From the NCBI GenBank assembly GCA_907165135.1, contig OU015569.1:3844001-3908000 (forward strand): DNA of 64,000 nucleotides. Direction: 5' to 3'. Numbering within the stretch: position 1 is the first letter of the stretch; each line of letters begins with the position of its first letter. Positions 35,318-45,378 of this stretch are shown piece after piece. The position numbers and the translations under genes are program-made. Under the pieces are notes generated by a model that was not told the DNA's origin, searched no databases, and saw nothing but the letters and a program-made list of their open reading frames with translations. This DNA is from Oikopleura dioica (taxonomy: Eukaryota > Animalia > Chordata).

Positions 35318-37227
35318 ATGAGCAGAGATGTTACCCCGAGGGGCCCTGTCGAAGCCATGGAAAAAGGTTTAAAAGAAGTTCTAAATGGCTAACATTTTTG
35401 ATCGAGGGTTTTAGATAAACCGCGTTGTGTTTGTAGAATTTAAACTAAGAGAGGAATTTTAGGTCCTGGCCCAGCGAGATACTTGCTTCCGCCTGCAATC
35501 GGCGCCTCTGACCATGATCCCAGGAACTTGTTGACTTCTAATCTTCAAATTTTTATGAAAAAGGAAGATTTTTTCAACATTATGGAGAAAAGTCAAAGCA
35601 CCTCAGTATTCAATGGGTGCTGCATTGAATCGTAATCCCAACAACAGTTTTCCCGGGCCTGCACACTACAGAGTTGACGTGCAGCTGACTCGTATTGGAA
35701 AGGATGGAACGCCGAAATACTCAATCGCTGCAAGGTAACCTTCAGAAATCCAGAACTAAGAAAAATAGAAACTTCGAAATCAAAGAATAACTAAAAAAGA
35801 GACATCCTCAAATCAATATGTTTCAAAGCGGAGCAAAGTTCAACAGTGTCATTATCGTAATTTATGGACAAGAAGCCAACTTCGGCGCTTAGGAGAATCA
35901 CTAGAGCAAACACGGCAGAGCCAATGTTTTGAAAAGTCGATTATAATGAAGTGTAAGCGATTAAATTTCAATCCAGACTGATTTCATCATTTTCCTTGGC
36001 ATTTTTTTTTCAGGAAGAAATCAATTTTCGACTTGTAGAACTTGCAAAATTAAATTTTATTTGAAGACATCAAGAGCGCGTTTTCGCCAAAATGTAGAAT
36101 CGTCTGCACGCGTTTCTCAAAAATGCTAACTTGGCTTTGAAGAGATCGGCATTGTCAACGATAAGTGGCAGAGCGGCGAGCTGAATAGCTGCAAGTTCCG
36201 TCGCGAACACACCTCCCACTGTATTAGCCCAGGGATTTTCATTATCCGGGAAGCCAATTTCCTCTTCGTATTTGTCACTTCAGACAGTTCTAAAGTAGCA
36301 CCACAAACAATTCTTTTGATGTTTATTTTGAACACATCGGAAAGTCTCGAATACATGATCTGAGATAAGAATGTAAATGATAAAGTAAAACTGTAACTGG
36401 CCAAATGACGTTTTTCAAAAACAAAAAATTTAGGGCGAAAGACCGCAAAACCGAAATAACACCCGGCGCTGGTGCATACAACACAGAGAATATTTGGCCA
36501 CAAGGTATGAGTCGACAAGGTTTGTCAAACGACTGAAACTCAATCGTTTCTAGGAGAGAGGAAACGTCCTTCGTATTCAATGGCGAGTAGAACCAGATAC
36601 ACACAGAAAGAAAAGGTGCCAGGGCCGAATCAGTACTCCCTGCCGAAGCTAATTGGACCAGATATTCGAGATTCAAAGAGAAGGTATGACAAACTATCAT
36701 GCCATTTAATCATCTTCGAAATTATAGGGGCGGACCTTCGTATTCGATGTCTACGCGACTTAGTCTTGGCAGTTTTGCTGAGGACCTGGCGAAAACTCCT
36801 GGTCCTGCTCGTTACGGGCCGCCAAACAACGACTCTTTCTTGAAACGCAATCCACAGGGACAGTGTTTTCTTTCAGATAAACCGCGCGCCACAACAATAG
36901 CTGCTTTATAAGTTTGAGCGAGAAAACTGATCTTCTAGAATTCAGCTTGCTCCGCCCATTTTCATATTTGTCAGATAAAAAGAACACTGAAAAAGTACAC
37001 TCTTCAAGGAAGATCTAAACTACCATCTGATAAAACTCGAAAACCTGGTCCAGGTATTGCAAAAAGAAAATATTATAAAATAAAATTGCGCAAAAAGAAA
37101 ATAGTTCGCTAAGTAGCGTTTTTCAGGGAGCCATTCGCCTGAAAAGGTGACAGCAACGAGGCGTTCGGCACCTTCATTTCACTTTGGTCGTCGGCATTCA
37201 GAATACACGCGAATCTTGATGATTTAA
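35318..37227 (+). CDS. ODF3: ODF3/SHIPPO-1 (CIMAP1)-family PGP-repeat axonemal protein
   Basis: PRGP..M..PGPARYLLPP..G...HDPRKVKAPQYS, GKDGTPKYSI, TPGAGAY, PGPNQYSLP, GSFAEDLAKTPGPARY, DKTRKPGPGSHSPEKV, FGRRHSEY are colinear with ODF3 as remembered; stop at 37225-37227. Confidence 0.85.
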
Positions 37228-37737
37228 ATGCCCAGACAAAATACTTTCACGCAACACTACACGTATTTCTACAAGCATAGTCGTTTATTAGTTATGTAAA
37301 ATTAAACATTCTTTAATGCATCTTCTCGATTCTTGTCTTGCAGGATTTTACAAAGTGTCTCTCAAAACGGACCGTGTCTTTAGAAATAGAAATGCTTTCC
37401 CTAAAATCTTGAGAAAAAATCAAAATGAAAAAATGCTCAAAATTTTATATGAGGTTGTTTCCTCTATGATATTAAATTTTATTATACAGTATTTTTATTT
37501 TGTCAAGGCAAATTAGATTTAGACTTGTTATTGACCAGTTGGCGGAGTATGTGCTTGGTGTCGGTAAGGGTTGTATCTGGAGGAGGATTCACCAGAGACA
37601 AAATGTTACTGACAGGAGCTCGTCCCTGTCTGGCCGTTTTGGCGGCGGCAAACGATATTCAGCTGTGGCAGTGTGTGAAGGGCCTTTCTCTTAATGAGTG
37701 TTCGGGGACGATGAAATCAAGGAAGAGAACCTTTCTG

Positions 37738-40700
37738 TTAGACATCTGTTTCGCTTGGCAATTCTAGCCCTTGGTTTGTTCGGTTGTCCCTTATTCTTCC
37801 ACGAATAAACGGCTCTCCGTCAAGGTCGATTCCATCAGATAAAGAGGTATTTTCGGGTCCATTTTTGTTGAAGAAAGGAAACCAATTTGGACAAGAAGGC
37901 ATCTTCATTGTCGTATTATGAACTTGAGTATCCTTAAATGCGATTGAAACGTTGCCACTTATTCGAGTATGACCTGGTCGACTTCCGTTTCTCTATGATA
38001 GAAGTAATTGAAGTTCGAAACGATGACCGGCACTGGAAGTGCAATTCCCAAGACACCGGTGATAGCGCACAGGGCGCCAACGAATTTGCCCGCAACGGTT
38101 ACGGGACGCATGTCACCATAGCCAACAGTGGTCATCGTCACGACTGCCCACCAAAACGCATCAGGAATCGAATTAAACTGCGATTTTGGATCGACGGAAT
38201 CTACTTCAGCGAAGTAAACAGCCTGGAAATAAGTTCCGTAAATATTCTTTTTTTTAGTCTTACCGAAGAAAACAAAATAACTCCAATAAAAAGGAAGAAT
38301 ATTAGCAGACCAAGCTCTCTCATGGAGGCCTTGAGCGTTTGTCCAAGAATTTGGAGACCTTTTGAGTGCCTCGATAATTTGAAAATTCTAAAAACGCGGA
38401 CGAGCCTCACTACGCGCAGAATCGCCAGTGACATCGACTTGTTCGTGTCTTCTTCTTGTTCAAAGTTGTCCTTGTTCTTATCCATTTCTTTCGAGTCCTC
38501 GTCGCGGGTTGCCAGGGTGATGAAATAGGGCAAAATCGCCACGATATCGATGATATTCATGATATCCTTGACGAACATCTGGAAAACAAAATTTCAGCTA
38601 ATTTAAAAGCCATCTGACGGGACACTTTCAATAATCAAAACTGAAGACAAGTTTTGAGTTAAATGGAAAAATTGGACGAAAATGGAGCTTAGTCTTGAGA
38701 CGGATTACCAGGTTCGTGAGGACTAGGTTCGTGTGACTAGGTTCGTGGGTGCCATGTCGGAAAAAATGGTTCATGTGACTAGGTTCGTGGAATCTTGATT
38801 TTTATATGTATTTTTTGTATCTTCAGCATTTTAGGGCAGTAAGGGAAATGGGTTGATGAGTAGGTTCGTGTGACTAGGTTCGTGAAATTTTAAATAGAAA
38901 AAATTTTGGGGCAGTAAAGGAAACGGGTTGATGACTAGGTTCGTGGGACTAGGTTCGTGAAGACCTGGTTCGTGAAGACCAGGTGAGTTAAACTAGGTTC
39001 GTGAAATTTGGACTTTTATATGTTTATTTTATTTTTTGTTTGTTAGAGTTAGGCTTTAAATAAAACAATGTGAGAGCCTAGCGGCTTATACGGGGGGGGA
39101 AACTCATTTGGGATAAAATCCTTCATTTTGCTTGCTCAAAAACCCACGAACCTAGTCCCACGAACCCTTTCCATGTTCAATATTTTCTATTTAAAAACTC
39201 ACGAACCTAGTCCCACGAACCAAGTCATCAACCCTTTTCCCTTACTGCCCAAAAATTTTTACCATTTAAAAACTCTCGAACCTAGTCCCACGAACTTAGT
39301 CATCAACCCATTTCCCTTACTGACCCGAAATTCTTACTTTTTAAAAACTCTCGAACCAAGTCCCACGAACCAAGTCATCAACCCTTTTCCCTTACTGCCC
39401 AAAAATTTTTACCATTTAAAAACTCTCGAACCTAGTCCCACGAACCTAGTCATCAACCCATTTCCCTTACTGTCCCTAAATTTTATTTTTTAAAAAGTCA
39501 CGAACCTAGTCCCACGAACTTAGTCATCATGCCTTTTTCCTTACTGCCCCAAAATAAAGGCCGATTTCAATACTCTGGCAGAACCCACCACGAACCTAGT
39601 CCCACGAACCTAGTCCTCACGAACTTAGTCGTCATTCCCCTTAGTCTTTGAGATGCACCAAGGTTGACAAAACATCAAGATGAAAATTTTAACTTACCGC
39701 TTTGGATGGACAAGAGGCGAATCGGACCATCACTTCGAAGGAAAACCAGATGATACAGAATGTTTCGATCAACCAAAAAGGATTATCTGCAAGATTGCGT
39801 TTGTGACACTAAGATGGCAAATTATCTAGACGCCCGAGCACTTACGCAAGATTCTTTTCTAATTCAATCACTTCGCATTTACTGCTGTTGCTTTTAATAC
39901 GGCACTTACTGTTACGCCTGAGGTTAGTTTGTTGGTGAGGTTTGAAATAGTTTTTTCTACGGCCGCCTCTCTCGTGACGCGACTTGATTCTTTGCCAGAA
40001 GTGCCACAATTATCTCCGTCGCCCTTGTCTTCCCCGCAACAGCAACAGCATTTTGGGGGTTCTGGTACTTTCTCCATGTTGACTACAGAGTTGTTGATAT
40101 CGCGACACTAGAGATTCAATAAGATCAGAAAGTATTGCCGGAAGCTTACCTCGTACTGGTTGATCGTGGCGGAGAAGTCGGGCAGCGTTTCAAGACAAAA
40201 GGATACTATCGAGAGCAGAATCACGGAGACAGATATTACAGCAATGATACGAGCCCATAAAGAAGACTCTGGATATTCGAATAAGAGCCAAAGCTGCCTC
40301 TGCAGTTTTTGCACCGGCAGAGGCTAAATTACGCTGAGTCAAGCGAAACTTTACTGATTGTACCTTTGCTTCTTCTTTGATGTATCCTTCGTCTTCTTTA
40401 TACTTTTCCATTGCTGACTCGCCAAGGTCATAAAATTTGATCTCTTCCGTGAAAACGTCGATAGGCACATTTACAGGTCTCCTTAATCGACCTCCGGATT
40501 GATAATAATAAAGAATTGCATCGAAGGATGGGCGATTACGGTCGAAAAAGTACTCTTTTCTTTGAGGGTCCGAGGGTGGGTTCAACAACTGTCTTTTTTC
40601 GCAGAGCTAGAGCTAGAATTAGTTGAACCCGTAAAGCATAATAATCTTGTCTTCGTTCTGCGCACCCGAGAAGGCTTTTTGGAAAGTTTGATAGGGTCGA

Positions 40701-41289
40701 TAGTTGCGTCTCAAACCGCAAACCGGAGACATTTATTATGATTCTTTCGTTTTCCAGCTCTGGAACTCGATCTAAAGTTGTAATTAGAGATTGAACTGTT
40801 TCACGATCTTTTGCTCGATGGATCGATTCAACAGAATCAAATAAATAATTTAAATTTCAGAATAAAATGAAACAGAGACCCAGAGTACGGGACTGCTCCC
40901 CTGGGAAAGGCGTTAGTTTCGCATACCACAGGACATGCCATCAATTTTGCATCTCCAGTAGAGTAACTAATAAAACTACCAAAAGTCTTTACTCACCTCT
41001 ACATAGCTCTCTTTCAATTATTGATAATGCTTTATTGAAATATTAGTGATAATATATTACCGTTGTAATGTGGTGAATTTGGACTCGATTCATCATGGCG
41101 CTGATTTGTTTCTCGCGTTGCTAGTCTGTTCGTCGGTCCTGTCCTGAAATTAAAAGAGGGTTAATCAAAACGTTTTTTTTCTTGAGTGCAACTTTGCATT
41201 GGAGTTGGATTTTCTCACTGCTTGATTCGGTGACAACAAATAGTTCCTATTCACAGGGAACTGCTTTCCCGAAGACTCTCTCCCAAGTT
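37738..41289 (-). CDS. KCNA: Kv1/Shaker voltage-gated K+ channel (N-terminal exons uncertain)
   Basis: T1 [16 protein letters not shown]...[22 protein letters not shown]; S1 after LLFEYPESS; S4 [22 protein letters not shown]; pore TMTTVGYGD; S6 PVPVIVSNF; C-terminal PDZ ligand ETDV* (stop 37738-37740). Confidence 0.95.
38697..39639 (-). mobile_element. Foldback-family copy A (943 bp) in Kv1 intron 38579-39697
   Basis: Arrays of GACTAGGTTCGTG / CACGAACCTAGTC in opposite orientation on the two arms; flanked by direct repeat (C)TTAGTCTT at 38688-38696 and 39640-39648. Confidence 0.85.
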
Positions 41290-41352
41290 CTAAGCCACTT
41301 GCTCAGCTCAAAATTGTTCAAGCTAATTTTTAAGGTTCATGAAAAATCTTAA

Positions 41353-41738
41353 GGGGGTAGGAACAGCTTTTTTCCGAAAAAGGCGATTTTTGACCGGCGC
41401 TACAGACAAGAGAATCTTACATTTTCAAATTATCTCTTCAGGTTTAGATAGATACATCTTAAATCTAGGAACATCTCTCTCGAAATTTGTTTTAGTCATC
41501 AAATTTTTGAGTAAACGGGCTCAGAAGCAGCTCATCTCTTCGAAATTCTCGATTTTCGCAAATTTTTAAACACGTATATCTCGAGTCCCCTGATAGTTAA
41601 ACAAATTTCATTCACATTTTTGTGAAGCTCAACCCTTTTTCTGGGAACATTTATGAGGAAATTCCGTGAACACAAATAAATCTTATGTTTTCTTTTATGT
41701 AGCTGCAGTCCAAAATCGAGGAAGCTATTTCTACCCCC
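41353..41738. mobile_element. 386-bp MITE with TTAA target duplication
   Basis: TTAA at 41349-41352 and 41739-41742; TIR GGGGGTAG(G/A)AA(C/T)AGCTT, 15/17 match. Confidence 0.8.
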
Positions 41739-42730
41739 TTAAATGATCTAGCCCCTTTCTCTGTTCTGAGCGGATTCCTGTTCTCTCTGGTCAAACTATT
41801 CTTGGCAAATTTAAAGGCTATTGCCGGCGAATAGAGCGTCATCTCATCTCCGCAGCTGATTTTAACTAGGGCTTCTGTCGTGTGGCCCGGACTGTGTTCA
41901 GCAGAATATCAGAACACGTTTTTAATCCATTTCAAATCTTCTCATCTATCTGTAGAAAAAAGGACGACAATTGATAGTGAAGCGAACTATATCTATCACT
42001 GTTGTCTGCGCGAAGGATGAAAGTTTTATTTTGTTCAGAAATAAAAGAATATACATATTTTCTGCTCCTTGTTAGATTTCCCTCAAAAATTCTCTAGCGA
42101 ACTTAAAGTCCTTCTATTAAAAATCTTCGTCGAACTATCACTCCTCTCTTTTTTCTTCTCAAATGAAAAAAAAACAATATTTTACTTTTCAAAGAAAGTT
42201 TTTCGATTTGTTTTTTTTTAGTACGGCGGCGTACAGTGCGCCCGGATTTTTAAGTTCCACCCAAGTTAGGTGAGTTAATGCATGGCGCTCTTAATCAGCC
42301 ATCTGCTTGATTAGAATAACTAGTCAACGGATTTTGAGATCTGAACACACCCAAAGGTCCTATACCCTGTTTATCAATTCACTTAAGCCATTAATTAATA
42401 CCCTTCTTTGCCCAAAGCCCGAATTAATTAAAATCTGAGGATCGGAAAATGATTTGGGCTTTTATTTTCTGCAAAAGCTCACAAAAAAAAGAAAGGGCTT
42501 GGACAATCGTCTAATAAGTTTCAGTTGATTTTTTGATTCATGAATTATAAGGAAAAACGCTGGAATAGTTTCTTCTTTGATTTCAAGAACTAGACTCTGT
42601 CAAGGATTTTCTAAAAATGCCGGTTATTGACGCGCAAATCAAATATGCTGACAGTGTAGTTCATGATGTTTTTTTGAAATGAGCTGCTTTAAAATATAAT
42701 AGGATGAAGAAAAACAAAGCGTCTACTTTT

Positions 42731-43204
42731 GGGAATTACGACTTAGTTCGTGAGGACTAGGTTCGTGGGACTAGGTTCGTGGTGGGTTCTGCCAGAGTAT
42801 TGAAATCGGGCTATATTTTAGGGCAGCAAGGGAAATGGGTTGATGACTAGGTTCGTGGGACTAGGTTCGTGAGTTTTTAAATGGTAAAAATTTTCGGGCA
42901 GTAAAGGAAATGGGTTGATGACTTGGTTCGTGGGACTAGGTTTGTGAGTTTTTAAAAAGTAAAGATTTAACAAGGAAAAGGTTCGTGGGACTAGGTTCGT
43001 GGGTTTTTGAACAAGCAAAATGTAGGACTTTATATCCCAAATGTCTAAAATAGTCTTCACGAACCTAGTCCCACGAACCTAGTCATCAACCCATTTCCCT
43101 TACTGCCCGAAAATGCTGAAGATACAAAAAAATACATATAAATGTTCAAATTCCACGAACCTAGTCCCACGAACCTAGTCCTCACGAACCTGGTCATCGG
43201 TCTC
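42731..43204 (+). mobile_element. Foldback-family copy B (474 bp)
   Basis: Ends GGGAATTACGAC...GGTCATCGGTCTC; 8-bp TSD CTACTTTT at 42723-42730 and 43205-43212. Confidence 0.88.
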
Positions 43205-45120
43205 CTACTTTTCGATAAACTACGAGATCGTGTATAATAATTTTTCAATTCGAAACTCACATGCAATTCAGACGGTTGCTTTGAAAAGAAGGAAGTAAAC
43301 AGTCATTCTCTGTTTTAGCGCATTTGTTCGGGTAAAATTATTCATTGAGCACAAGAGGCGTGAAATAGTAGCTACTGTGCATCTCCTTTGATAGGTGAAA
43401 ATACTCTGATTTATTAGCGAGCACATTCTATTGTTCCCCGCTGACCAGGTCGATTTTAAGCATTATATCGACTTAACAATTAGAGAGAAAGGTTAAACCT
43501 GCATAGCCATGTCTAGATAGATAACAGAACATAAATCAAAAGCCCTTAATTTACAGTGCTTTCTGATATTTGGCTCTTATAAAAAGTTGCGACAGTAGAC
43601 GGCTTATTCAGTATATTTCAGGGAGTACCTTTTGGCTACGAGTGGAGTCGTATAAGCGTGCTTTGTTATGTGATCATCCCCGTTAGCAATCTGGCTAATC
43701 TCGTTTCCCGGCTGAGGCGTCTGCGTTCTCATTGTGGATCCCCATTTCGGTGATTTCTAATTAGCCCGTTGCTACTTTTTCGAAATTCCGAAATTTTCGA
43801 TCCTAGCCCGGGCTGTTTGTCAATTTCAACCAAATTTTGGTATTTCGAGTTTGTCTTCAGAAAACCCAGCTTAAAACCCTGCTTTTAGCTGACATATCGT
43901 CCTTCTCAAAGAGGAACACTCTTTCTACTTGAATATTAATTTGGAAATAAATTTAAACAACATGTCCTTCGTACTCTTTTTGGCAGTCACTGGTATATTA
44001 TTGATCATCCAGTGATTTCTCCAAACCAGCCGACAATCTCTAGCGCCATGAAGCCAAAAATTAACGGACTTTTTTATTTCTTGAGCGCTTAGCTTTTAAA
44101 GTCAAGAAAAATTTTGCTCCGAAAAAGTCAGCGTCTCGAGTGACAGTATTCGACGCGATGCGACAGAAGCAGGGTCGATAGACAACAAGAAAAAAAGGAA
44201 AAAAGCCGCTAGTTGAAAAACGTGTGATCTCTTTCTCTGTGGCGGCGCTATGTCTTTTCCAGCGTACTGTCAATAAGTGACGTACTATCGCCACAGGAAA
44301 AATAAATCATAACGCTTTAATCGCCACCTGGAGAGGGAGGAAGAAAACTAATCAACTGCCATAAAATCATTCTCCTTTAATAAGCCTTTCTTGCATCTAA
44401 GGTCGCGGTTAATCAAAAAGGGTTCAAAAAGATCTGTTCTATGCAGGAACGTAATCGCGGCGAAGATAGTTACGAAGAAAACTATTTTTATGATTGTAAA
44501 ATGTTCATTAAAACAATTGTGGGTATAAGTAAGCGGGTGCATTGCTAACACATCAAAGTAGGGTGAAAATCTCCACTAGAGAATACAATTGTCGGGATTT
44601 GAAAAAAAAATCAGAAAATTTTTTCTGTTTTTTATCTGTTCTAAAAAATGGTTAATTTTTTTGCCTTATCCAATATTATTATGGTTGCCTTCACTTCCAA
44701 CAGAAAATTCTAATTTCAAACATAGAGTAAATTTTTCGCAAAGCTATTATAGTTCATTTTTACAAGAATCCAAAAAAGAAATCTTCGCAAAGATGACTTA
44801 CTCTGCCATTCAGAAGAGAGAGATTTCCGAATTTGTGATTCAAGAGTCTTCAAAAAGCTTCTTCAGGAGAGGATTCCATTCTCTGATGATGGATGAAGCT
44901 CCCTACAAGTGACGACCGTTAGCTGAGAGAGCTACTTGGGCGAGGATTTTCACCCGGGAGCAGCCATAGTTGAAATAGGCAAGTACTTGCCCACTACCAC
45001 TCTTAGTAGGTCGACAAGGCCAATTACAGAATCTTCGATTGTCCTCAATTTGCGCAATAAAATGATTAAAATTACTATCAGAAATGGCCGGAAAAAATAT
45101 AAATTTTCGGCCTTCGAACA

Positions 45121-45378
45121 GCCATAACTCACGTGATACTCTTTGAAACCAGATGATTCAAGTATCAATGGAAAGCTCAGATTCTGAGGATTGGGGGAAA
45201 GCAAAAATTTTTCCGAAAAATCGGTTTTTGCTGATTGGCCAAAAAATTAAAATATTAATTTTCGTCATTCAGAATCGATTTTTTTCAAATTTCTTTTCTT
45301 TCCCCCAATCCTCAGAAGCTGAGCTTTCTAAAAATATATCAATCACGTGATTTCATCATCTGTCACGTGAGATATGGC
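45121..45378. repeat. Nested inverted repeat (degenerate MITE/foldback)
   Basis: Inner arms 45171-45201 / 45298-45328 match 30/31; outer arms 45121-45136 / 45363-45378 match 15/16. Confidence 0.7.

Noticed and set aside
38701-39010. Short regularly spaced repeats superficially like a CRISPR array
   Set aside because: Eukaryotic context, irregular or repeated spacers, inverted arms with TSDs and no cas genes.
39128-39493. 121-aa repetitive ORF, and similar ORFs at 42818-43266, 48124-48821 and 57056-57304
   Set aside because: These are translations of the foldback element's tandem units, with TTG/GTG starts or no coding signature and no transposase motifs.
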